From Dicyema japonicum (Eukaryota; Animalia; Dicyemida): 64,000 nt of DNA. The notes beneath the pieces are model-generated. The model ran no database searches, was not told the DNA's origin, and saw only the letters and a list, made by a program, of their open reading frames with translations. How positions within the stretch are numbered: position 1 is the stretch's first letter; each line of letters opens with the position of its first letter. The DNA lies in contig RDEW01000050.1 in NCBI GenBank assembly GCA_011109175.1, positions 26,694-90,693 on the forward strand, written 5' to 3'. Positions 50,914-63,445 of the stretch are shown piece after piece. A program made the position numbers and the translations under genes.

Positions 50914-53900
50914 ATGAAACAGACTATCAATCTCTCTAATCTTAGCATTGGAAGAGGACATATTGTTAAGGACAACAGTCATGAAAAGGTCAATGTAATT
51001 CTCGCCTCTAAAGTCATTTTACATTTATGTCTTTAGGAGAAACCGATCTACAATGTTGGTCTATATAATCAAGCTGGCCCACATAAAAACAAACTGATTT
51101 ACTTAAAAACTGCAAAAACATATTCTACAAAATATGGAGCTCTCGTTATTTTCTCAGAAAATCTCGTTGATGGAATGAGCGACTCTGAAATTAAAATGGA
51201 CAAAGAAAAAAACTACATATTTCTTAAAATATCAGATTTTTCCAAAGGATTCAGTAAAATTAACCTAAAGGTTTACAATTGTCTCAAATTTAAGGAAAAA
51301 CAAAAGTCAGTTCGTTGGTTAACCGCAGAACAATATCTTTCCAAATGGTCGCAAGTTACAAAAATTGATTCTGTTAGGATAAAACGTTGTATTAAATAAA
51401 TATTTCAGAACAATCAGAAGAAGCCAGAAATTTGATAATAAATGGTTTTATGATGAAGTACCATAATCTGAAGAAATCAATTTTTGGATTTCAGCCTAGT
51501 CCGCGAAATGTCCTCACAACCATCCTGAAAGAGGAAAAACATAGAATAAAGGAAAATAAAAAGGGTTTCTTTTTCATTAACCTCAGTCACTGGGAAATAT
51601 GGGAAACATGCTTTATATACTCGCTACTTTAATATAAATTCTACGATTCCACATATTGAGCATAAAAAGAAGAAATACAAGGAAATGTCCTCACAAGAAC
51701 AACACGACAAGCTCACTGATGAGATTGCCAAATCAGTGATAACTCAGGCCATCTTAACTCACCAAGTAACAACATTGTGAATTTTAGGAACTAAAAGCTG
51801 CAGCGTCCGAGAAATCAAGTTCTGATGAGGTTTTAAGATTTTATTATTCAGAAATCTTACAAAGATATTGAGTTGGTCAAACCAGAGATTTACATTAAGG
51901 ACTCTTTTGTGACGGATGACATTTATTCACTCAATGACTCTTCTGGTTTGTAATTTTGTGTATTTTCAGAAAAGGAAGATATAATAATAAAAAATTTGAC
52001 AAAAACTATTGAAAAACTAGGGCAATCTATTTTGGAGAAACCAGGATCTGGACAAGACATTGAGTCTGATTTAAGTGTAATCAACGTAGAATTCAATTTT
52101 AGGAGTTAACAAGAACTATGAGTCAAATAAAGGAAGATATCATACACCACATTCAGTCATCGTCCTCATCTATAAGTTTTTATAAAATATAATTTAAGTA
52201 AAATCTTTTGAATCTAAAGATGTTTTGGAAGACTTGAAATCACAAAATCAATTCAATGTTGTTGAACAAAGTAACTATGGTATATTGATATTCCAGATTA
52301 TGTTAAATGTGTAACTGATAAATCATCCACGAGTTCTAAGGATGTTAATGTAATCAATATTTATTATTTAGACAATTCCTTATATAAAATCACTAATTCC
52401 TTCAGAGGAACAATCAAAGTCTGAGTTGACAGCAGAGGTTATTTCTTGGTAATTTCAGAGCATTCAATTATCAGAGAAAAGTAAAGAATCCCTCAAAAGT
52501 TCAGTAAAGCTAATGTCGGAAATAAAAAGTATTCTTTCGAAAAGTCTCTCTGAGGATTCTAGTAATGAAAATATTTATTTTTAAGATCTGCAAGTCCTCA
52601 ACAAAATAGAAAGTGTCATAGAATCAGTAAAATCAAAAGTATTAACAATCAATAATTTATAGACTACAAGCACTCCAGAAGACAGCTCTCTCATCAAAAG
52701 TTTAGAAAGCATACGTGAAAACTTAGAAAGGAGAATTCATGTTTATTTTATTATACATAAAAGGATTCCCAAACGTCTGAGAAAATAGATAATTCGTCAT
52801 ATAAAGAACAACGAGAACTATTAAGTTCGGAGACTAAGGGTTGTGGTCAAATAATTGTACAAGAAAGTAAATCCTACGTTGATGAAGAGATCAGGTCTTC
52901 GGTTGAGAGTTTGCTGATATCTTTGGATAAGAAAATAGAGTCGATCGAAAAAACCATGCAGGTTTTATGTCTTATGAATACAAGACTTCATCTAAGAGTA
53001 GTATCAGTAAAAAGAATTACGAACTATCAGATTTGAGCTTTTCAAAACATTCCCAATCAGAAGAAAAGTCACAAGAGTCTCGTGTATGATTTCTAACTAA
53101 ATCCCCTCAGTCACATCTCCAAGAATCTAAAATAGAATCCTCCGAAGAGTCTCGTCCAAGATTTCCAGACGAATTGCAGTCAAGTTGTCCTCAGCATTCT
53201 CAACAAGAATACACGGAAGAATCCATATCAGAATTTAATCATGAAATAAAGTCTTATAAAGGAATACTAAAAACATCATCTGACAAGTCTGAGCAAAAAT
53301 CAGACCAAATACAGTCAGGATCACAAAAATCAGAGCAAAAATCAATCCAATTTCAGAGTATAGAGACTCTGAGTTGATATCAGATCAAATACATTCAGGA
53401 ACACAAAGGTCTGACCCAAAAGAAAGTTTAAAAGACTCTGAGATGATATCAAACAAAATGGAGTCCAAAGAATCAAAGTCAGTAGATGAACCTCAAAGTG
53501 ATATTTGTTCATCAAATTCAGACGTCTCTCACAAATCAGGATCATCACAACCCTCTAAACTCCAAAAATCAGATTATCCTCACGAAATATCAAAATATGA
53601 AAAGATAATATACGAAGGTTTAATTTCTGACAAAATTTAAGAATTACAAAAAACGTCAGAATCATCTCAAAGCATAAATTCCTTGGATGTCCCCAAACCA
53701 AAGGTAGAAAACGGAGGTAGTAGAAAATATAATATAAAAGAACATGAAAATATTAAACAAATCGGAAAACCCAATCCAAGTTCTACAAATGTTGAAAATG
53801 AAGTTTCAAAGAAAGACAAAATTTTATCGAAAAAGCAGATAGACCAATCGACAGATCATTCAACAGTGAAGGAAGGCAAAACAAAGCTGAGTATAAATCA

Positions 53901-55374
53901 GAGAATATATTTTAAGAAAAGAAAGTAAAAGACGGAGAAACCGAGAATATAAAACAATCGAAAATAATCAAAGAAGACAAAATAAGTTCAGAAATTGGTA
54001 GCAAAAAGAAAGAAGGAAAATCAGTGAAGCAAAAAGTTAAAAAAGCCGAAAAACAAATCAAAAAAACAGAAAAGGTATTCCAGTATAATTATACTTTAGA
54101 ATATAGAATCTACTGAGGAAAAACCAGTTTCGAATGAAGAGAACTCTAAAAGAATGAGTGATGTGGATAAACTGGAGTTACTCGAACCTGTAAACAGTAA
54201 TAATTATGACAGGAAAAGATTATAATATCTGAGAGAACCTCCAACGTATCTTCCGACTACAAGGAATCGTCATTAATAATTGATAAACTCGTTAAGGAGC
54301 AAACAGAGTCGACAAATGAATCCAAAAACATGGAGAATGTGCCTGAGTTTTCGTTCATTAGAGTGGAAGTATAATTTAAGTTTTATAAAAAGAGTGATCA
54401 AGAATCTGATGATCTCGGACACAGGTCGACAACATATGTTCAACCTCAAAGAAATCTATTTTATAAGGAGGACCTGAAAATAAAGGAAAGCAACACAGAA
54501 GTATAAAATTAATGACAAAAAAGGAATACGAAAGAAAGTCAATAAACAAGGAAATAAATTTAAAAAAGCGAGAATTAGCATTAAAGAAGAAACAAGAAAT
54601 GTCTGTGGCCAAACAAAAGGAACGAATGGATTTACTAAGAAAGCAGCAAGTCGAGAAGGAAATGGAAGAAAATCTCCAGCGTGAATTTAATGAACGAGTC
54701 AAACTCCAAGAATTGGAAGCTTTGTAATAGTTGATAACAACTTGTTAGAAAGCAGAAAGAAGAGGAGGAAAGACAGGCTCTCATGGAAGAGAACGCGAAA
54801 CAAATGGAAGAAAAAAATCAAAAGATACAGAAAGAGCGACGGGACAAAGAAAGAAGGGCATATATTCTGAAAATGCAAAAAATCAAGGAGAAGCAGGATG
54901 AGGAAGAACAACAACGACTGAGTGATGAACTAAATTTTAAAATAGAAATTGAACAAATGAAAAAACTTGAAGAGGAAAGAAGGTTGGAGAATGAGCGACA
55001 GATGATTTCCAAAATGAAAGAGGACGAGTATATAAAATATATGGAAGAAAAGAAGGAAAGGGAAAGAATTCAAAAAATAAATGAAGAACAGAAAAGGTTG
55101 TATTTTATTGTAGTTTTAAAGACTTGCTATGATTGAAGCTGAGAAATTGGCTTTGATTGAACAGAATAAAATTATTGCTGAAAAAAAGAAACAGGAAGGA
55201 ATTATCCTTGCCAGAACTATGTTTTTAAGAAATTTGAAGGAAGAAAATATTTGTGGGAAATATTCTTTAGAAATCACACGTGCATTTGTCTATTCATATT
55301 TTGAATTGCTACAATGGGTCTCTGATTCTGATGAAAATAAAGTTGAAGTTAATTTTATGGATAATTTAAACTAA
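50914..55374 (+). CDS. KIAA2012-like protein (conserved termini, S/E/K-rich middle, coiled-coil C-terminus)
   Basis: LSNLSIGRG..., KTYSTKYGALVIFSE and C-terminal ITRAFVYSYFELL resemble KIAA2012 as I recall it. More than 20 micro-introns traced; one apparent indel near 53340. Confidence 0.7.
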
Positions 55375-55439
55375 ATTTAATTTAATATCTAAATTTATTA
55401 TTTTTAATATTCTTATATTCAAATTTTGTTAAATTTTTC

Positions 55440-56260
55440 ACTTATACTTACCAACTGTCATAAAAAGCTCCCGTAGTCCGTTCATTTTTAGAAGTCCCTA
55501 TTGAGGGCCATTAGGAGGGTGAGGTTTGGTCGTCTATGGAATGGGCTAGCGTCAGGCCAAGTTAGCTGTTCTCAGAACGTGTCCAAAGAACATCTGCCTT
55601 CTTATGACCAAGATTGGTGAACACCTTATCCTCTCGTATACAGCATTTGCAATCCTGCACTAGCAATCGTTTTTCTTATCGCAATATCTTCCTGGTCAAC
55701 TATTAGGGTGCCTGTGTCAGATTTTGTTAGATTTCCCCTTTGAGTTTAGTAACTTCCGTTTTGTCCACGTTGACCTTAAGAAACCATTCAGAAAGTATCT
55801 CAATGAGTTTTAGCCGACTGAAAGAATCGAAAGCTTTTGACATATAAATTTCTAGGATTGTTGTCGCCGTTTTAAATTTCTGTACAGTTACACTCCCATT
55901 TATGGCTCCATACAGCATCTAACGTTACCCTTTTCAGTTTTCTTTTCGATCCTACGAAACAGATTTGATAACTTTGCCATCATAACTTGTCTTATGACCA
56001 CGTAGTTTTGCGTATGGCTGAATCCATATAAGCCGTGTTACATAGTATGTTATTTGCCAGGCAGTAATTGACAAGAAAGGTTCCTGGCAGCTCTCTTATC
56101 CCTCTGTAATGTCTTCCCATAAGTGTTTCCTCAACAGAGATTCGATTACTCACCTTGTCATTCAGATCCATAGCAAACAATTGGCATGATCTACGGGAGA
56201 TTTCCAAGGATGCCAAGGAATGGGTTGATGCATAAAACAACAGGTTCGGCTTGTCGGTTT
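55440..56260 (-). mobile_element. Decayed RTE-like LINE fragment
   Basis: ILEIYMSKAFDSFSRLKL, LKVNVDKTE and LCNT..RKTTW motifs. Confidence 0.6.
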
Positions 56261-56999
56261 TAGTTACCTACTTTAAAAAACTGACGAATGTTGGAGTCAC
56301 TTCTGGGTTTGGCTTCGTATTTTATAAGTGTGTCATGTTTTGCAGTATGAACATCAGGAGAATGACTTAGGAGACCTGCCACGGACTAATGAGGCGTTTA
56401 GTAAAAATTATTGAACTTATACGAGGTTGCCTCTCGTGGAAAGGGGAAATACTTTTATGGTGGAGTGTTGGGGAGTATTGACATGATTATCAGAGTTTTT
56501 TCTCATAAGTTTGTTGATTCCTTTGACGAGGTCTCTCTCATTCTTTATGCAGTTCCCTAGTAAATAGAGGAAGAATATTCTAACAAAGATAGAAATACGA
56601 AAGGCTGGACTGAAGCACTGAGGGCACATTAGAAATGTGAGCGATGGAATTAAGGTCAAGGCTCTCCCTTCTGTGCGTACTTCGCTTCACCGGCACTGAG
56701 CTGCTAAGTAGGATCTCAATGAGTTTAGACGAACCAAAGTTAAGGTAGTTCATAGCAGTATATAAAAAACTCAACTAATGACGATCGAGAGAACAATCTG
56801 AGTTTAATCAGAAAATTTTAACTTTTAGATTAAACTGATGCGATATTCGGCGAGACAATGTTTTCCGAATGGGAGGATTGCATAGAAACCGAAAAGGGTA
56901 GATGAAGTTTGATGATACAGTTGCTTTTTTATGACTGAAAATTCCTGTGGTTGATAGAATTTACAATTTATCAAGAACTGTCCTTCACTACACGACTCT

Positions 57000-58790
57000 G
57001 TCGTCTTGTTCAAAAAACTATTGATAACCTGTATTCAATTAAAGCTTAGACGTATTCTGGAATCACTTCTTTGAATTCAAAAATGGACAATACAAAGTTT
57101 CCTACAGATTATCGTCCGATTACCTGTATGACCACCTAAGACAAGTAGATGCTTTGTTGAGGTTGATGGTATTTGAGAACCAACTTGGAACTGCATGAAA
57201 CTACCAGGTTTCGTATTCTCATGAGAACTTATGTGAAAAAAGGATTTGATTCTGATCATAGCTACCTTATTTATTGTCTGTTTCCCTGTGTGGTCTACTC
57301 AGTTTGTTACGTCTGTCATGAACAGGTCAAGTGTTCATCTGCACTATAAAAACATAATATTGGTGAGATTACTATTGAAAAGGAGATTTTGCATGAGATA
57401 GTATGTTGCCGGTGTTTTTTGTACTCTGCCTCTAACCGTTGAGTAGACTTAATGTCCAATTCGTGCCCATCATTCATGAGGAGGTTTGTTTTAGCATGAA
57501 TTACCTTGTGTTTATTGATAACATAAACTGCTCTCTCGTGTGAATGTGATTAGTATTTAAAAAACTATATGACAGTTACATAACACTGGTCATTACTGTA
57601 AGGATTTTATTTCCAAATACTTGTCTGAAGGTGAAGGTGGGTAAAAGTTATTCGGAAACGTTCATGAGGTAATCCTCAGGTGAATCACGCCAGCTCTTTT
57701 TACAATTTATTCGGAAGCTATGGACGCCGCCAGACACCCCTCCATGCTCGAACCAGTAAGTCTTTGCAAGCGTGGTATGTGTGTTGACTATAAACATGGA
57801 ATTAAACTCAAGATAACTAAATTTTCCCAGATGATTTATTTTTTCCTGATCATGAGACGGAGAAATGGAAATTTAATGACCAAGCTTTGAATGAGAATAC
57901 AAATCCTCACAATATTTCTGATAAAACCTAGGAACAGAGTTGTAAGAATTAAGAAGCAAATAGCTGTACATCATTCGAGGAAGGACTTTCGCAAGGACAA
58001 CTGTTGTTTTGAATTAAATCGAGGAAGATTTTATCCGAACCTATCAGCAAGCAACGAAGTAACGTTATATGGTTTCGATGATGAGGATTGTATGTCGTTC
58101 TGGGAAAAAGTGTGGTCTAAAAGAAAAAGGATGCACGTGCCATATGACAGTGTGGGTAAAGTAAATACTGGTATTGAAGGCATGTTGTCAGAGTTCACAA
58201 ATGAGTTTATCCTGGATGTTATTAAATGGCTCCCTGATTGGAAGGCGTGTGGATGCGGCTCATATAACTTCTTTATTAAGAAAATGGAATCTTTACATGG
58301 CTTTTTATGTACTGAGATTAACCGAATTATTAATGGGGAATATATGCCTGAAAGTTGGTTTATACTGGAATAACCTATTTAATTCCTAAAAAGGATGATT
58401 GTGAGACTCCTAATGACTTACGTCCTATCACGTGTATGCCAACTTTATTTAAACTTATTATCAAATGTGTTAACTCTCAGATTTTGTGGATTCGTTTGGG
58501 CTATTATCTGACAATCAGCTGGGAACGAGGAAACATTGTCAGGCTAAGGAACAGGCCCTTATTAATCAATGCTTAAATAAGGAGTATGGAAACGCCCTTT
58601 ATTCTGCTTGGGTGGATGTGAAGAAGGCCTTTGATTCTGTTGACCATGAATTTTTATTTCATATATTGGACTGTTCAGGAATACCCCGTTGGATTGTTAA
58701 CTTTGTAAAGACCATAGTCAAAGTGGACTGTAAATCTCCACTTAGATGGAAGAAGAATTGGTTCTGTAAAACTGGGACGTGGAATTCTGA
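57000..58790 (+). mobile_element. R4/Dong-like RT fragments (two decayed pieces)
   Basis: GITYLIPK..LRPITCMPTLFK, NQLGTRK..KEQALIN and AWVDVKKAFDSVDH; a second YRPITCM at about 57110. Confidence 0.8.
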
Positions 58791-58820
58791 TTTATTGTTT
58801 TTAAATGAATTAAATTTAAA

Positions 58821-61779
58821 TTAGAAAATATGATTAGTGGTAGAATTAGTGTTATCAATTTGCTTTGGCCATACTAAACCCTCCCCAACAAACTTAGGTT
58901 TATCATTAATTATGGGAATAATATTATTTTTATTACTTATTCTAGCAATCATAATTTCTGTTTCCCTACAAAATAAGTCAATATTTACTTTTCTTGTTGT
59001 TCCTTTTTCTTTTGAGAGTAATACTTTTTCTTAATACTTTGCAACTCCATTCCCAACTTGTCAATGTCATGTTTGTACTCTTGACACTGAGACTCGTACA
59101 TATTTAATTCACTCGTTAATGACTAAATCATCAATATTCAACCACTTTAAGCTGACGACTCTTCTCTTTCAATGATCTCTGATATAATTGAACTTGTTCT
59201 ACCATTTCAGGACCAGGTTGTCTGGCCAATATTCGTTTAAGTTCCATGTATAACTTTTCCTTTTCTTGAATTTGCAACTCTTTCGCCACGACCTCTTCAG
59301 TTTTCTTTATAAGTCTCACTTGTAAGGCCTGAATTTTCTTTATCATTTCAAATGCTGATGGATCACTTCCCTGATAAATTACACAATAAATAGTACCTCA
59401 AGTTTACGCCATCTGTGAACATTCAAAGGTTTGTCCAACTCCTCTTCCAAAGCTCTTACCCTGTTTTTTTCCATTACCAATTGTTTTTGTAAGACAAAGA
59501 CTTCGTTTCTGATTTCGTCGTAGTTGGAAAGTGTCTTTTTAAGAGCCATCTGTTCTCCCCTCAGTCTCAAAATTTCTAATTTGAGAACTCTGATGTCCTC
59601 CACTCTATGTGAATATTGGACCTCTCCCTTTTGAAGGGTTGAAGATTGAATTTTTATTTTCTCGTAAAGCAAAGCTAGTTCATCATTTCTTCTGACCAAT
59701 TGTGATCCCAAAATATCCCTTTCTGAGATGACCTGATCCAACTCCTTTTTCTGTCTCAAATATTCATTATCAGCCTCCTGAATTATTTTCTGTAACCTTG
59801 ATTCTTCAATTTCCTGTTCCTCAATAATAACTTTGTTTTCGGCCAACATTTGCTTCAACTTTTGAAGTTGAATTTTCAGAGATTCCTTTTCCTTTTCGAT
59901 CCTCACAAAATTAGTATGTTCTGCTATGAGAGATTGTTCTTTAAATGTTATCATCTCCTTTAGCTGATCTATCTGGTGGTTCATGATTTTCAGTTTCCTC
60001 TTCATTTCTGAGATTTCATCCTAACATTAGTTTCAAGTAAACCTGAGATTCTATCAAATTTTTACTGTAGAGGTTCCTATCACTCCGAACTGCCTCATAC
60101 AAATTCTTCTGTTGCTTCAATTTGACCTCCCCTTCCGCAATCATCTTCTTGTAGTCAAATATCTGCATTTCCATCATTTTTATTTCTTCCATTTGATTTA
60201 ACACCTAAATTACAGATTCTGCAAACTTTCTGAGTCAGATCAGATGCCTCGTTTATGTAACGATCTCTTTCTTTTTCCAACTGAAATATTATTTTTCGTT
60301 GCTTGCTCGCTTCTTCTTTGTAAACTTCGACTTCTTGCTCAAGACCTCTCTTTCGTTTGTCATGGATTTGCACTAGGGAGGCATATTTGTCCACAGAATT
60401 TGTGACTTTGGTTAAATTCATAATTTAATCAATTTAATACTTTTTTTAGGACTTCACGTTCCTTTGTTATGTCGTCAATGAACTTCTTTTCTGACTCAAT
60501 CTTTCGTTTATGATCAATGATTTCTGATAAATTCTAATAAATTACCCTTCTCTAAGGTTGCTATCTGATTTTTGAGTGGGTTTTTACTCGCCTCGAGTTC
60601 TTCCTTCTCTTTTTCAGCCTGTTGGAGTTTTCTTGTGATGTTATCTCGATTCTTTCTAATTTTGTTGAATTCCATCTTCAGAGATGCAACTTCGTCGTTT
60701 AGTTGCTATAAATAATTAAATTATTTACTTTTAGTGACGTATTCTTATAACTATTTTCTGCTGATATTTTGTCCAACATTACCATTTGAGCTTCAGATTC
60801 CTGCTGTAGCTTTTTATAACGAGTTTGTAGGATCTCCGAATCATTCTTTAATTGATCATATGTTTGCTAAATTATATATTCACAATTACTTTTTGTTCAT
60901 TTATTAATGATTCTTTATTTTTCATTTCAATCTTAAATTTGTTAATCTGCACTTTTAACTCTTCCGTTTCTCTCTCCTTTTCCGCAATATTCTCTATTTT
61001 TTCATGCAATACTCTATCTGCCTTGTCTTTTTTTCTCTTTTCGTTTTGTAATTGTGTTTCGTTATCTCTTAAATCTGATTTCAACTAAAATATTATTTTA
61101 TATTTCAAACGTTGCTTATTTCTTCTTGAATCTCCGATAGCTTATTTTCAAGTGATTCGTTTGTCATTTTGACTTTATCACTGTTTTTCCGCAATTCCGT
61201 GATTGTCGTTAACAGTCCATCTCTTTCGTTAATCAACTCTGTTTTGGCATTGATCAATTCAGTGACACTATTTTTGATATTTTAATAAAACTTGACTTTT
61301 TGTCCAACTGCCATTCCAGAATCCTCAATCTGTTTACTCAAATCAGTTATTTCATCCTCCAAATTTTTGATTGAAATTCGGCTATCGATTTCTCGTTGCT
61401 GAGCAGCATCAACAATTTTCCACGCTTTTTCAATTTCCTTACATTATTTTCATAATTACAGATTTGAGTGCTGAAATTGTGTCTTGATCGTCTTTAGAAA
61501 TTCTCATAGCATCTGCAACCTTGGTTGTGTTTCCGATCAGTTCGGCATTCAATTCTCTGCATTTCTGCATCAATCGGATTTCATTTTCGTGAGAATTTAT
61601 CAAAGTTGTGTGCAATTTTTCATATTCAACACGAAATTTGTCAAGTGAAGGGTCACCAAATAATTCTTTTAATACCTAATTTTACTATAATTTGTTACTT
61701 CTTGGAAATCATGTTCCAATTCAGTAAAGGCAGCTTCGTTCATACATAAATGATCTTTCTCCAATTCATCCTCCCCCAT
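58821..61779 (-). CDS. CFAP58: Cilia- and flagella-associated protein 58, 13 micro-introns
   Basis: DPSLDKFRVEYEKLH, RLMQKCRELNAE, EIEKAWK, LYEAVRSDRNLYSKNLIESQ, ERDILGSQLVRRNDELALLYEKIKIQ and PLNVHRWRKLEGSDP. Confidence 0.97.
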
Positions 61780-61795
61780 TTAAAGTGATTTACTT

Positions 61796-61809
61796 GTTTC
61801 TATGAAAAC
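61796..61809. promoter_or_regulatory. RFX X-box upstream of CFAP58
   Basis: GTTTCTATGAAAAC matches GTHNYY-AT-RRNAAC, 17-30 bp upstream of the ATG of a ciliary gene. Confidence 0.65.
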
Positions 61810-61869
61810 ATTTTTTCAATTATTTAATTTATTATTTTTATAATTATATTATACAAATTGAACTAAATG

Positions 61870-61990
61870 AAGTGTTGGAAGATGGTTAGGAAAAACCTCT
61901 CGATCCTGTAGGCGTACCGGGATCACTTAATTAGTTGGTTTACTCCATTCTTGGTGTTCCCTTTTCGGGGTTATAAATAAATAAATTTGG
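61870..61990 (+). mobile_element. 3' end of retroelement family C
   Basis: Similar to 31075-31190. Confidence 0.6.
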
Positions 61991-62164
61991 TCGGCACAAG
62001 CAGATGTTCTTCCTTTGGTTCCTTCCTTGGATTAATTAGTTATTACTGTTTGTGCTGGGCTTACAAAAGTCTGGGGTTAATAATAATAACTTAAAGACAT
62101 CATCTATATTTAAATGTCACATGCCATTACGGTTACAATAAAAAAGGTACGGTACTTATATTTA

Positions 62165-63120
62165 ATTATTATTTGGTAAAGAAAGAGAGTAAATGGTCAT
62201 ATATAGGCTGCCCTGACTGCGTAGCTATTCCTCTTCTGGATGGCGAACTAGATTCCTTCAAATAACCAGCAGCGCTCACGAGGGTCTCCTGTTCGTGTAG
62301 CGATCCGATCTCCTAGACAACTCAAGAATTCCAACGTTGTAGGCGAAAGGGACCCAGCCGTCTCAACGTCGAGTGAGACAAACAAAAAATCCTTTGTTAG
62401 GACCGCATACTTTTACCGTTTCAACTTATCGACATTCTCAGCGGCAGACCAGGCACCAAAAGCACTCTGGAGTAGGTTGCATAAGGCGACCTTGTCGGTG
62501 CAGGTGACGTCCCAGACAAGAGGTTTACCGACTTCAAAAGGAAAGATTGTCATACCATCTGGTCGTTTCCCGTCCAGCCTGCAAAGACCGACCGTGGTGT
62601 CCAATTTTCTCTTAACGACTTCGTTCAAGGCCATGTGTCTGGAAATCTGCCTGCACTCTTCCTGCAGGAGAGAGGGTGTAATCCAAAACAGTCGATCTGG
62701 TCTCCGCATCTGCACGGATGTAAAACACAGACTTTTAATCCCAGTCGTACGGACGCATTCATTATCCAGGAAGGTACCTAAAACTCCATTGGGAACGGCG
62801 TTGAGCCAGGTACCGTTCTCGGAAGACTCTCCCGACAACAAACAGGCACGGCGTAGTTGTCTAGATGACACTAGCAAATCTTAGAAAATAATTCCTGCAT
62901 CGTACAGGCTCGCTGAGAGAACGAAGAAGGCAGGGATAGCTGATAAGCACTGCTCTATGCCTCACGAGCATTGCCGGCGTCCTTATCAACAGAGAATACA
63001 GGGAGGGAGTGTAGAATCCTATTGACAAGGATGTTGCAGGCCATTAGCGACGATATATATGCAGGGAGAGAAAGGTATATTAGTTTACGAATTCCAAGCC
63101 ATCCGAGTCTCACTGGCATC
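62165..63120 (-). mobile_element. CRE-clade 3' fragment, same family as 38700-39700
   Basis: WLNAVPNGVLGTFLD, RHMALNE and RPDGMTIFPFEVGKPLVWDVTC; shared 3' UTR. Confidence 0.88.
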
Positions 63121-63345
63121 ATATTAGCTATAATTCGATGCTAGACTCCGTACACTAATGAGGACTTAACCGTCCCTTAATGCTCTGTTTACTTGTCTCA
63201 AATCACCATTAAGGAATACGGGAAGTGTTATACACGGACAACCTCTGAACTTTTCCCAGATGTTTACAAATAATTCTTCCATTTAAAATATTTGCTGTCT
63301 TATCTCTCTCCATTCATAGAATGTGATCAAACAGTTTCTAGCACA

Positions 63346-63445
63346 TAGATATTTGTATGAAGAAAAAAAGAATATTGCCGAAAATGAGAAAGAAACGCAA
63401 GAATTAAAAGTCCAAATTAACAATTTTTAGAGTAAAATAAAAAAA
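63346..63445 (+). pseudogene. Inverted, degenerate copy of one CFAP58 exon segment
   Basis: Encodes KNIAENEKETQELKVQINNF versus ENIAEKERETEELKVQINKF at 60920-61020 (minus). Confidence 0.7.

Noticed and set aside
54376-55012. Antisense ORFs over KIAA2012-like, CFAP58 and LINE regions
   Set aside because: Shadow ORFs of low-complexity or repeat coding sequence with no independent motifs.
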